IMG/VR virus record: IMGVR_UViG_3300043464_002149
Length of the DNA stretch: 64,000 nt
Strand: one strand, 5' to 3'
From: a virus
Taxonomy: Duplodnaviria; Caudoviricetes
Made by a program: the position numbers and the translations under genes. Of the stretch, positions 48,506-58,136 are shown in pieces (within the stretch, counting starts at the first letter, position 1; the number at the start of each line of letters is the position of its first letter). Below the pieces are notes generated by a model. It saw nothing but the letters and a program-made list of their open reading frames with translations. It made no database searches and was not told the DNA's origin.

Positions 48506-49327
48506 ATGAATATGCTTAAATTTAAAAATGTAATTAATGAAATGATGGTTAGTTCCCTTCCTAGTCAAAAATTATTAAGATGGTTTCTAGATAGGGTTGA
48601 TCATACTTTTGTTTTTTTTGATACCGAAACAACTGGTTTGGATAGAAACCCATCTGATAAGCCGATTAACCAGTTGACACAAATTGGCGCCATTGCAACT
48701 CAAATCAATGGTGAAACATTACGTTTTTTTGAGTTGGATAGATTTAATATAAAAATTAAATTAAATGATGATTTGAGGGGCCAAATGCAAGATGAACCAG
48801 ATGCCCCAGAAGATCCTGAAAGCCCTGAATATAAAAAATGGTTGTTTGGTACTAAAAAAGGTATTTTAAAGTATAACCATTATGATTTAGAAAATTCTGA
48901 ATCTTTTGAAGAAGAAAGAGAGGCACTTAAAAAATTCGAAGCATTTTTAAGAAATTATGATAATGTCACTTTAATTGCTCACAACGCACCGTTTGATTTA
49001 AAATGGATAGAATTTCACGAAGCATTTAAGGATAGCACTGACGAAATAATCGATAGTATAGATTTCTTTAGGAATTTTTTCTTCCCAATATTAGGTATGT
49101 TGGCTAGAGACAAAGCTAAATACCAATATAAGTATGATCAATTTAAGTCAACTAGTAATGACAATAAATCAGCAGCACTAGGTAATATCGCAGCCGGATT
49201 TGCAGATGAGGTAAACCAATTAAAAGCAAAATTAAAAGGTGCTCATGATGCTGTTGTCGACTGCGAAATAACCGTGGATGTGCTTGAAAAGGGGTTATTG
49301 ATGGTATATCAACATTTAAATGATTAA
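48506..49327 (+). CDS. DEDDh 3'-5' exonuclease (DnaQ-like)
   Basis: ExoI FFDTETTGL, ExoII LIAHNAPFD, ExoIII AHDAVVDC; the start may be 48512. Confidence 0.9.
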   Translation: MNMLKFKNVINEMMVSSLPSQKLLRWFLDRVDHTFVFFDTETTGLDRNPSDKPINQLTQIGAIATQINGETLRFFELDRFNIKIKLNDDLRGQMQDEPDAPEDPESPEYKKWLFGTKKGILKYNHYDLENSESFEEEREALKKFEAFLRNYDNVTLIAHNAPFDLKWIEFHEAFKDSTDEIIDSIDFFRNFFFPILGMLARDKAKYQYKYDQFKSTSNDNKSAALGNIAAGFADEVNQLKAKLKGAHDAVVDCEITVDVLEKGLLMVYQHLND

Positions 49328-51657
49328 CTAATCCCTTTTGAAATATAATCAATCGAAGAAACGTTTTCCTCTTTTTTAACCATGATCATGTTATCAGACC
49401 AGTTCCTAATCAATGGATTGTGTGAGATAACAAAGATATGTTCAAAGTAGTTTTTGATTTTTTTAAAGAACTCACCAACCATATCTAAATTCTCATCAGC
49501 AATTTTACCAAAGACTTCATCCATAACAACAATATTTGGTTTAGGTAATGAAGATACTTTAGTAAGAACGCTTCTTAATGCTAATGACGAAATTGTTCTC
49601 TCATAACCAGATCCAGAAGTTAATGGTTTAACAACTCTTGTTTCAGAATCAATCATGAGAAATTCTAATTCGTTTTTATCATTAATGTTTAATTCTAAAT
49701 TGAAGTAGCAGCTATCTGAAAGTAATCTACTTAGTTCTTGATTGATAAGTGGTATCATGTTTTTCAAAATTGTTTTTGAAATACCGTTTTTACCATATGT
49801 CATTAAGTAAACCTTAAACACCCCTTGAAGTTCTTCTTCCGCTTTAATCTTTGTGATTAACTCGTTACAAAGTTTTATCTTTTCCTCCATTGCTGTGATA
49901 TTCATTTTGTTTCTTTCAATTGTATTGTTCGAAACACGTATATCAGCATTAACAGTTTCTAGTTTAGTTCTAAGAGACAATAACTCACCATCTATTTTTT
50001 GATTTTCATCTAACTTCTTTCTGTTATTCTCATAGTTATCTAACTTGGCTTGTTTAAGATTGATTTCTAAATCCTTTTGATCCGCTTCGAGTTCATAACG
50101 AGCCTTTCTAAGTTTGTTTCTCTCATAATTGTCAAACTCAGACTTAAGTGATTCAAACCCGTCTGATTGCTTTTTTAAAGCGTCAAGTTCGGCTTGTTGT
50201 TCATCAGCACCAGAAGATACTTCCTGAATTTCTTTTTTTAATTTTTCAATCTCGTCAGTGTGATCAACTTCATCCAAAGCTCTTTTACAAGTTGGACAAA
50301 TTTTACCCTCTTCTAATTGCTTAACAAGTTTTTCTTTCTCTGTTTTTGTATGTTTAAACGCAACAATTAATGAATAAACATCACCCATTTTCTCCTTCAA
50401 TACTTTGTGATCATCTTCACTATAGTATTGAGAAGGTTCTTTAACATCAATAGCCTCTGCATTTCGTTTGCTAGTTCCTTTTTGTGTCTTTAAATCTTCA
50501 ATTTCACGTTGAAGAGATGTTGGATTAGTTCTAATTAATTCTTGATCAATATCATTTGATCTTAAGCCTAGAATTAATTCTCTCCTGTCTTCTAACTCTT
50601 TTAATTTATTTGCGTAATCAACTAAAAGATTAGTGTGTTCAAAAATATCATCTTTTGAGTTTTCAATACTATTGTTACTTGCTTCAATGTCTGCTTCAAG
50701 TTGTACAATATTATTAGTATTGCTAATTAATTTTCTAGACCAATCGTTATAGATCTCTTTACAGATTTCTTCTTTTTGTTTTAAACTTTCCAAACCTAAA
50801 AACTTAGTAAGGATTTGCCCCCTAGCTGTTGGTTTAGATTCAATCAATTCCTCTAGGTTATAACCTGTAGTAAGAATAGTTGATAAGAAATCTTCTTGAG
50901 TACCAATCGCCGAAGCAATAAAAGTTTCAGTTTCTCTTCTCTGTTCTCCGGTTAGATTTTCTAATTCACCATCTTCCTTTTCTTTATAGAATTCTAAATC
51001 ACTTTTAACAGTGTACTCACCAGATCTTGATTTCTTTCTAGTCAGTGTTCTAGATATCACATAGTTTTCACCATCGATTGTGATGTAACCTTTTACAATT
51101 ACTTCATCATCGTCAGTAAACTTATTAAAAATCTCCCCATTGGTTTTTGTTTTAGTTGTTGCATTGAAGAACAAAAACATTAATAGATCAACACTAGATG
51201 TTGACTTACCACCAAAATTTCTAGGATTAGATTCAATAACAGTAATACCATTCAATTCCGTAAAGTCGATTGAATTGTCTTTACCAAAAGAAAGAAAATT
51301 AGAAAATTCTACTTTTTTGATAAACCATTTGTTGTATCTTACTTTATTCTCATTGATCTTATCGATTTGAGAATTAACACGATTATCTAACCTATCCAAT
51401 AATTCCCATTTGATATTGACTTTGTTTTCACTTAAGAAATCCTTCATCAATGTTTTCTGGTACTGGTGGTCCAATATGTTGTCAGTAACTTCTAGAGTCT
51501 TAAGCTTGGTATTCTGTTTTTGACTAAGCGTTTTTGTAATAACCTGTACATGTGTTGCATTATACTTGTTTTGAAAGTATGTTTTAACACGTTTAATTCT
51601 TTCAGGGGTGAAGTTTTCTGCAACGTCTTCCCACTCAACTTTAATAAAAGGATTCAT
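49324..51657 (-). CDS. sbcC: SbcC/Rad50 (gp46-like) ATPase with ~110-aa N-terminal extension
   Basis: FSNFLSFG, Walker A NFGGKST, zinc hook CPTC, signature SGSGYE, Walker B VVMDEVFG, H-loop VISHN. Confidence 0.92.
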   Translation of the reverse strand: MNPFIKVEWEDVAENFTPERIKRVKTYFQNKYNATHVQVITKTLSQKQNTKLKTLEVTDNILDHQYQKTLMKDFLSENKVNIKWELLDRLDNRVNSQIDKINENKVRYNKWFIKKVEFSNFLSFGKDNSIDFTELNGITVIESNPRNFGGKSTSSVDLLMFLFFNATTKTKTNGEIFNKFTDDDEVIVKGYITIDGENYVISRTLTRKKSRSGEYTVKSDLEFYKEKEDGELENLTGEQRRETETFIASAIGTQEDFLSTILTTGYNLEELIESKPTARGQILTKFLGLESLKQKEEICKEIYNDWSRKLISNTNNIVQLEADIEASNNSIENSKDDIFEHTNLLVDYANKLKELEDRRELILGLRSNDIDQELIRTNPTSLQREIEDLKTQKGTSKRNAEAIDVKEPSQYYSEDDHKVLKEKMGDVYSLIVAFKHTKTEKEKLVKQLEEGKICPTCKRALDEVDHTDEIEKLKKEIQEVSSGADEQQAELDALKKQSDGFESLKSEFDNYERNKLRKARYELEADQKDLEINLKQAKLDNYENNRKKLDENQKIDGELLSLRTKLETVNADIRVSNNTIERNKMNITAMEEKIKLCNELITKIKAEEELQGVFKVYLMTYGKNGISKTILKNMIPLINQELSRLLSDSCYFNLELNINDKNELEFLMIDSETRVVKPLTSGSGYERTISSLALRSVLTKVSSLPKPNIVVMDEVFGKIADENLDMVGEFFKKIKNYFEHIFVISHNPLIRNWSDNMIMVKKEENVSSIDYISKGIS

Positions 51658-51702
51658 ATCTGTTAAAGATAATTGTTTTAACTTGAAATTAAAAATTTTT
51701 TC

Positions 51703-52017
51703 TTACTTAATTCGGCTTTCTTCAAAGAATTCAACGACACCGTTGATTGCCCAAACAACACCACATGTAAACACACCATCAAAAAAGATAGCAGGTAACC
51801 AGTGAATGTCCAGAATTAGTTCAGATGGTCCACTTAAACATATGGATAAGAAAAACCCAACCCATGTTGAAGTACACATCATGCAACCTATTAATTCGCC
51901 AAAGAACTTGGAATTTCTTTTGATCCACTCTCTTGGTGTTTCAAAGATCGATCCGTAAACTAAAATTGTTGACATCCCATATCCCATGAATGCCCATAAA
52001 AATAACATTGCTCCCAT
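51703..52017 (-). CDS. DUF1360-like membrane protein
   Basis: FETPREW...GELIGCMMCTSTWVG with TM helices. Confidence 0.65.
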   Translation of the reverse strand: MGAMLFLWAFMGYGMSTILVYGSIFETPREWIKRNSKFFGELIGCMMCTSTWVGFFLSICLSGPSELILDIHWLPAIFFDGVFTCGVVWAINGVVEFFEESRIK

Positions 52018-52028
52018 AATTTTAAATT

Positions 52029-52529
52029 TTATTCATCATATAGATTATTCAAATCACTACCTTTTAGATATTTTGCTTTATTCATTTTTTCTAAAGCATT
52101 TGTTATCTGGGATAGTTCATTTTTTAATTTTTCATTTTCTTCTTTTATTGTTTTAAGCTCCTCGTCATTAATGATTATTTTTTCAACAGGTACTTCTTTT
52201 ATCACCTCTTTAATAATCACTTGTTTTTCTCCTTTGACTTCAACCGGAACTTCCTTGATTACTTCTACAATCCTTTCAACTGGAACTTCTTTTATTACTT
52301 CAACAGTTTTAATAACCTCAACAATCTTTTCTACCGGTATTTCTTTTATAACCTCCTTGATTACTTCAACATCTCTACCCTTGGCTGTTGTTGGTGTCTC
52401 ACCATATTTTTCAATAGTGAAACCTCTTTGAAATATTTTTTTAGCAGTCCCTTCAATATCACTAATCTGATTTATTTCACAATATTTTATGAATTCATCA
52501 TCCAGCGTTAACGAGTTCTTCTTTTTCAT
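52029..52529 (-). CDS. protein with EVIKEVPVE repeats and C-terminal coiled coil
   Basis: About seven K/E/V/I/P repeat units. Confidence 0.7.
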   Translation of the reverse strand: MKKKNSLTLDDEFIKYCEINQISDIEGTAKKIFQRGFTIEKYGETPTTAKGRDVEVIKEVIKEIPVEKIVEVIKTVEVIKEVPVERIVEVIKEVPVEVKGEKQVIIKEVIKEVPVEKIIINDEELKTIKEENEKLKNELSQITNALEKMNKAKYLKGSDLNNLYDE

Positions 52530-53313
52530 CTTGGATGTTGTTTATATCTGAAATTGTGAAATGCATGTATGGCTGATTATTAGGTAAATCGAAGAAATCA
52601 TATTTTTTACTTTCCATGTCATAGATACCATAACCATGATGTTTAACGGTCTCACCAAAATTCTGTTGAATCAATGAGCCTACCATACTAGCTAAACCTC
52701 CTCCAGGTAATTTAAATGTTTGTCTTTTGTGAATATCACCACATAGAAGTAAATCTAAACCAACAAAATTTAAACGATCATAACCATCTTCGAATTTAAA
52801 ACCAAGATCCGTTGACATACCTTGAATAGCTCCGTGAAATAAACCAACTTTAAATTTACCATCAGCTTTAAAATCTGGTCTCTCATTATGTTGATATAAT
52901 GAGTAGACTACCCAGTCAATATTCTCGTCAGAGTAAACCCCTTTGTCTTTATAATAAACAATATTATCATTGTTCAATAATTCAACAACAGGTGTTATAC
53001 TATCCAATCTCTGAACGTTATTTTCTAAGAAGTCATGGTTACCAGGGATGATAACAACTTTACCATAATTGGTTAATTCTCTCAAAAACCAACTAGTTAA
53101 AAGAAGTTGCTCATTCGAGATATTAATTTTTTGATGCGCGATATCACCCGCAATAACAATTCTAATTTCGTTGTGCGATATACCTTCATCTGCCCATTCT
53201 AAAAATTTAACACCGATTTCTTTCAACAATTTTTCAAACTGTTCTTTATACAAATCATGCAACTGAATTGTACGAATATGAAGATCAGCAATGTGTATTA
53301 TTTTCTTTATCAT
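52498..53313 (-). CDS. sbcD: SbcD/Mre11 (gp47-like) metallophosphoesterase nuclease domain
   Basis: IHIADLH, IAGDIAH, IPGNHD, LFHG, CGDIHKRQ, VGSL. Confidence 0.9.
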   Translation of the reverse strand: MIKKIIHIADLHIRTIQLHDLYKEQFEKLLKEIGVKFLEWADEGISHNEIRIVIAGDIAHQKINISNEQLLLTSWFLRELTNYGKVVIIPGNHDFLENNVQRLDSITPVVELLNNDNIVYYKDKGVYSDENIDWVVYSLYQHNERPDFKADGKFKVGLFHGAIQGMSTDLGFKFEDGYDRLNFVGLDLLLCGDIHKRQTFKLPGGGLASMVGSLIQQNFGETVKHHGYGIYDMESKKYDFFDLPNNQPYMHFTISDINNIQDEKEELVNAG

Positions 53314-54077
53314 TATGCAACATATTTAAACATATCCTCAATTTCTTTACGCATATCAGCACACTTAAAAACTTTATAAGTGTCATTACCTTCAAATAAC
53401 CAAACAAAATATAAATCACCAATTTTTAAGTTAGTGTTTTTCTCAATAATATATTTGTATAGACTGGTTTGAAGACTGTATGTATTATATTCACATTCAT
53501 CTAAATGTGAAATTGGTCTTTTAAATCTATTACCAAAATCACTCTTGGTATTGATCGCTTTATTTGTTTTCCAATCCCATATTTGAATTTGGTTGGTTTT
53601 TTTATTCCAAAATAATTGGTCAATCATACCACAGATACCCAACTCTTCATCACCAATAACAAATTCACTTTTTAAAGGAATTAAGTTTGCTTTACTATCG
53701 TTATAAAAATTATCAAATAATTTAACACATTTATCATATGCCGGTTTAACAATGTCTTCACCAAAACGATTAACCGCAATTGATGGATCGTATGGAAATA
53801 TTTTATTATTCCAGTGGTTTTCAGCATAATCGTGAACAGCACTACCTTTAATTGTACTGTAATCTCTTTTGTGATCCCATTCTGCTAACACTTCTTCTTT
53901 AATCAATCCGTGTTTGTTCGCATACTTTGTAGCCTGACCATCACTGTCAAATTTGTTTTTAAATTTTCCAATAAATGTTGTTGCTGATGTCAAAAGTTTG
54001 TCACCAATATAATAATGGTGTGGTTCATCATGATACTTGATGTGATCAAACTTGTTTAATTCTAATAGTAATTCCAT
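53313..54077 (-). CDS. PD-(D/E)XK nuclease (Cas4-like/exonuclease V-like)
   Basis: GSAVH, SEF, GICGMID, IWDWKT, YSLQTSLY. Confidence 0.85.
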   Translation of the reverse strand: MELLLELNKFDHIKYHDEPHHYYIGDKLLTSATTFIGKFKNKFDSDGQATKYANKHGLIKEEVLAEWDHKRDYSTIKGSAVHDYAENHWNNKIFPYDPSIAVNRFGEDIVKPAYDKCVKLFDNFYNDSKANLIPLKSEFVIGDEELGICGMIDQLFWNKKTNQIQIWDWKTNKAINTKSDFGNRFKRPISHLDECEYNTYSLQTSLYKYIIEKNTNLKIGDLYFVWLFEGNDTYKVFKCADMRKEIEDMFKYVA

Positions 54078-54078
54078 A

Positions 54079-55017
54079 TTAATCTAATTGTATTTTTTCT
54101 AAATTCTGAAAATCACCTTTTAAATCTGCGATATCTTTATCCATTGGCATTTTAACAACCCAAACTTTTAAAAATAACTTACCAGTATTTAACTTATGAT
54201 ATAATTTTTGTGCATCTTCCCACGCATCTCCATCTAAAACAATCACAATTTCTTTTGCGTTTGCATATAATTTAGAGTAAAGAAATTCACCCATAACTTT
54301 ACCAAGCATCGCAATAGAGTTGTCAACAAAAATACTATCAAAAGCACCTTCAACCAAATAAACTGTTTTGTTCCAATCTATTAATTGTTCATTAAAGATG
54401 ATAGTTTCTTTTTGTACATCTGGGTTCTTATACTTCATCTTAGTTTTTGTTAAATAAGATCTTGCAATGAAGTAATTTAATTTACCATTTATATCATATG
54501 ATGGAATAATAATCCTATTAGCGAATAATCCATCAAATGCGAATCCAATATTATGTTTTTTTAACATATCATCGGTGATGTTTCGACTTTTTATGTACGA
54601 ATATGCCTGTCTATAGTGATGTGTTAGTTTCAAACCCATACTAGGATTTAAAAATGGGATGAATTCTTTTGGAAGATTGGCAATTTTTGTCACTTTTTGT
54701 GTTTGCTCAACATCTTCTGGGCGCATCAGTTCATAAAATTGTAACTGTTTCTTTGTCCCATATCTTTTTACAAGCCTGTGTAAATTGCCGTGAGTATCAT
54801 GTGTTTCCCCACATGACCAACACTTGTATACCCCAATTCTATAATTAATTTCAAGGTTTCCTTTGCCGTCCCCCTCATCTAAACCCTTGATTTCGTGAGA
54901 ACAAACGGGGCAATCAAAGGATATTTGACCTTTGTAGTCGTTGTGCATTTTGTAGTTACCAAGAATATCTTCTAGTAACTCGACAATTTGTTCGAAATCG
55001 GTGTTTATTGTAGTCAT
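54079..55017 (-). CDS. DNA primase (zinc finger plus TOPRIM)
   Basis: DCPVC...KCWSC zinc finger, RIIIPSYD, YLVEGAFD, VLDGDA; real start 55017. Confidence 0.88.
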   Translation of the reverse strand: MTTINTDFEQIVELLEDILGNYKMHNDYKGQISFDCPVCSHEIKGLDEGDGKGNLEINYRIGVYKCWSCGETHDTHGNLHRLVKRYGTKKQLQFYELMRPEDVEQTQKVTKIANLPKEFIPFLNPSMGLKLTHHYRQAYSYIKSRNITDDMLKKHNIGFAFDGLFANRIIIPSYDINGKLNYFIARSYLTKTKMKYKNPDVQKETIIFNEQLIDWNKTVYLVEGAFDSIFVDNSIAMLGKVMGEFLYSKLYANAKEIVIVLDGDAWEDAQKLYHKLNTGKLFLKVWVVKMPMDKDIADLKGDFQNLEKIQLD

Positions 55018-55044
55018 ATGGTAAATATAAATAAAAAAAACCAT

Positions 55045-55079
55045 AAAAAAAAATCCCCGAAGACACCACTCTCCGGGGA
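55045..55079 (-). terminator. strong intrinsic terminator
   Basis: TCCCCGGAGA-GTGGTG-TCTTCGGGGA followed by T9. Confidence 0.85.
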
Positions 55080-55149
55080 ACCAACCAAAATGTAAATAAA
55101 TTTACATTCCCGCCTACATTATTAAATATAATATAAAAAAGACTTTTTA

Positions 55150-55353
55150 TCAAACATTAGTTGCCATTTTTTCTTTAGTCTTCTTTTCTTTCACAATACC
55201 GATTGGATAATAAGCTACATTATCGATAGAAATTGAGCTTATTTTGTTACCAGTGTTTTGATTTGTAACATTAATTCTTTTAGTAATACTTGTATCATAG
55301 ATCACACCTTCTAATACAACTTTTCCGTCAGCCATTCTTTTTACTTTTTTCAT
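55150..55353 (-). CDS. hypothetical protein
   Basis: 67-aa ORF starting 4 nt after the resolvase gene. Confidence 0.55.
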   Translation of the reverse strand: MKKVKRMADGKVVLEGVIYDTSITKRINVTNQNTGNKISSISIDNVAYYPIGIVKEKKTKEKMATNV

Positions 55354-55356
55354 TTT

Positions 55357-55959
55357 TTAATCGTTTTCTTTTAACATGTTTATATAACCAATAACAGCTG
55401 TCGCAGCATCTGCCATATCATAGTTCTCTTTTTTTAAACTTCCTGTTTTACCATACAACCAAGTAACTTCAGTACAAACCGCATTCACGTGTTCCCAAAT
55501 AACATGCTTCTTATCAATATCTTTCGGATAACCACCGAATAAAACATTTTTACCCTTACCATTATCACCAACTAAATCAGGGAATGCAAATTTTCTTGCA
55601 TTGTATGTTGAAATAAAAGTAGGGACAATACCTAACACATCATAAACAGCCTTACAAATCATTGTATTATAACGAAGTAGCGTTCCGACAGTGTAAACAT
55701 TATTAGAATTTAATAAAGGTTCTTCAATAATGACTTTAACAATACCTAGATTTTTGTATTCTTCTAGGTGGTTTTTAAACGCATCCGCCTTTTTCATCAA
55801 TTCCTCTAATTTGTCTTCTGGTTGTGGTTTTACCTTTGGTGAAAAATGAGTTAATTCCAATAATTTTTTACCAGTTAGGTCAAATATTGCCCAACCAATT
55901 GTCTTGGTTGAAATATCTAAACCAAGAATTTTCGATTTGTTTTTGAATTTAAGATCCAT
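55357..55959 (-). CDS. RuvC-like Holliday junction resolvase
   Basis: ILGLDIST.TIGWA, VIIEEP, YDMADAA acidic residue pattern. Confidence 0.85.
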   Translation of the reverse strand: MDLKFKNKSKILGLDISTKTIGWAIFDLTGKKLLELTHFSPKVKPQPEDKLEELMKKADAFKNHLEEYKNLGIVKVIIEEPLLNSNNVYTVGTLLRYNTMICKAVYDVLGIVPTFISTYNARKFAFPDLVGDNGKGKNVLFGGYPKDIDKKHVIWEHVNAVCTEVTWLYGKTGSLKKENYDMADAATAVIGYINMLKEND

Positions 55960-55966
55960 AAAACAA

Positions 55967-55995
55967 ATTATAAGGAAAAATAAAATTATTGTAAA
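55967..55995 (-). promoter_or_regulatory. sigma70-type promoter
   Basis: TTTACA-N17-TATAAT on the minus strand, ending 7 nt before the ATG at 55959. Confidence 0.6.
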
Positions 55996-55999
55996 CCCT

Positions 56000-58114
56000 T
56001 TAGAAGTCTATTCTAACAGAAAACACCTGATTACCCGTTCTTTCTAGTGGTTTTGCTAATTTACCGCTAACTAGAGGCTCTTTATTTTCATTTAATAAAG
56101 CAATCTCTGTTATTCTTTTTGGTAAACCAGTCACATAAGTTGGGTTTTGTGTTGTTAAAAACTGAGTTCCTGGTAAATTCACCATAAAGTTCATAACTTC
56201 AACATCAGTTGCTCTTGTTAATTGAATCGCGCCTGGAAATGGTTGTGAATCCCCAAATTGTGGTAATGTTGGTTGATCAACATTAGGTAATGCTCCAAGA
56301 TATGTTTCAATATCATATGGAGATGCTGTGTTGTACATATCACCAGTTATAACAAATTGATACCCACACATATTTGTTTTAGATATTAAATTACCTACAG
56401 TATGACCAGATATTTGAGATGTTAAATCAATTATCTTCCACCCGTCAGAAGAAGGTTGGTTTCCTGTTTGAACAACTTGTACTAATGCATAAAACTTATT
56501 TGCAGTAAATCCAGTAAAATATGATGAGTCGCTTAAAAATCTAAAATCACCTGTTTCAAATCTAAATCCAATATTTGAATTTGTTGTTCCTGTAATTTCA
56601 CCATAGTAATTGCAATGCATACCATTTCTATATGTGTCTCCAGTAAATTGGAACATGTATGTAACCCAAGCTGTTTGGCCTGTTAATACAACCGGATCTA
56701 AATCATAAAACGTTGGTAAGTCAACTGGTACTGTATTAAATCTTGGTGCTGGTAATGTATATTTTCTATTTGATTTATATTCAAGTACTGCAACTAATTC
56801 TTGGTCATCAAACACAACAATTTTTTTATCTACAAATACTTTACCTACACGAACACCTTGTTCATCTAATAAAAATCTAAACTTAAGATTATTACTATTT
56901 GGTTTTGTATTTTTTGTTGATGAAACATAATAGTCTGTTGTATCCATTACAAACTTTGCTCCGATTGTTGTGCCAGTATTTCTATGGTAGAATACAAATG
57001 GAATATAAACTTCAAAATGATTTATATCTGAAACTAATTCATCTGGATCATATGTATAATATTCGTCAGTTGAACTACTACCGATATAATCATCATATTT
57101 AAAAAATCTTTCAGGGTCATTGACAATGTCCCCCAATTCTGAATAATGAATTACCGCAATACATCTTTGATTTACTGGTTTTACATCAACTCTTTCACCA
57201 AATGAATTTGTGTATGATGTTGGATTGGTTATTGTACCTCCTGTTAAATTAGTAAATGTTTGTCCTGAATTAGATGTATACCCTAGATATTCTTTTAATG
57301 ACGCAAATTGTGTACCAGTATATCCACTAAGTGTTTCATCTAATGTACCACCACCCACATCCATACCTGCTGGTCTTTGTGTCCAAATTGTTTCTAATGT
57401 CCAAGGATCATGTTGTGCTAAATTATCAACCGGTAATGGTGAACACACACTTGAACCTGCTGGTGCTTCTGGATATTCTAAACCACATTTATTACAAACA
57501 ACTTGTGCATAGCCAGATTGTGTAGATAAATTTGGCATTGGTCTATCAAAAGTTAATTCTGTTGCACCAACATTTGTTATTTTATAAACTAAACTTTGTG
57601 AAACACCACTGATTACATAATTTTCACTTACAAATTGATTTTTAAAAACTATCGTTACAAATTGACATTGTGAAAAACCTGTTGCGTTAGGTACAGATAA
57701 AATATTAGTACCATCAACTTCAGATAAAGCTATTTCTTTTACTAAACATTCAACAGTTGTACCAGTACATGGACTAGCATTATATGGTTTATAATTTGAA
57801 ACAAATCCAGCTGGACCCATTGCATTTTTTAATGTTGTTGTAATAGATTGTTCGATCGCATTACCATAATTAATTGTATCGTTAGCCGCTAATAGATATG
57901 GGTATTTAATATGTTGATCACCATCCATTGGTGATAATACTCTTTGTCTTGGGGTTGAGCCTGTTCCTGTAAATCCACTAAATGCGTAATCAAATTCAGA
58001 ATCACCTACCTGAAAATATTTTATTACGAAATTACCTTCGGCAATAGATTTTCTACCCTTTCTGGTTATCCTTGCGGATAAAAACTCTGAATTATTACTA
58101 TTTAAAAAGCTCAT
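56000..58114 (-). CDS. virion structural protein (tail/baseplate-associated)
   Basis: ARITRKGRKSIA..F.IKYFQVGDSE and ITEIALLN..KEPL..GKL resemble tail-collar/baseplate termini. Confidence 0.6.
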   Translation of the reverse strand: MSFLNSNNSEFLSARITRKGRKSIAEGNFVIKYFQVGDSEFDYAFSGFTGTGSTPRQRVLSPMDGDQHIKYPYLLAANDTINYGNAIEQSITTTLKNAMGPAGFVSNYKPYNASPCTGTTVECLVKEIALSEVDGTNILSVPNATGFSQCQFVTIVFKNQFVSENYVISGVSQSLVYKITNVGATELTFDRPMPNLSTQSGYAQVVCNKCGLEYPEAPAGSSVCSPLPVDNLAQHDPWTLETIWTQRPAGMDVGGGTLDETLSGYTGTQFASLKEYLGYTSNSGQTFTNLTGGTITNPTSYTNSFGERVDVKPVNQRCIAVIHYSELGDIVNDPERFFKYDDYIGSSSTDEYYTYDPDELVSDINHFEVYIPFVFYHRNTGTTIGAKFVMDTTDYYVSSTKNTKPNSNNLKFRFLLDEQGVRVGKVFVDKKIVVFDDQELVAVLEYKSNRKYTLPAPRFNTVPVDLPTFYDLDPVVLTGQTAWVTYMFQFTGDTYRNGMHCNYYGEITGTTNSNIGFRFETGDFRFLSDSSYFTGFTANKFYALVQVVQTGNQPSSDGWKIIDLTSQISGHTVGNLISKTNMCGYQFVITGDMYNTASPYDIETYLGALPNVDQPTLPQFGDSQPFPGAIQLTRATDVEVMNFMVNLPGTQFLTTQNPTYVTGLPKRITEIALLNENKEPLVSGKLAKPLERTGNQVFSVRIDF

Positions 58115-58136
58115 ATCTTTGTATTAATCTTTTATA

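Noticed and set aside
53313-54077. Cas4-like nuclease as evidence of a CRISPR system
   Set aside because: No cas1/cas2 or array in the window; solo PD-(D/E)XK nucleases are routine in phage replication modules.
49324-55017. Introns or inteins in replication genes
   Set aside because: SbcC, SbcD, the nuclease and the primase motifs are contiguous, with no homing endonuclease or splice motifs seen.
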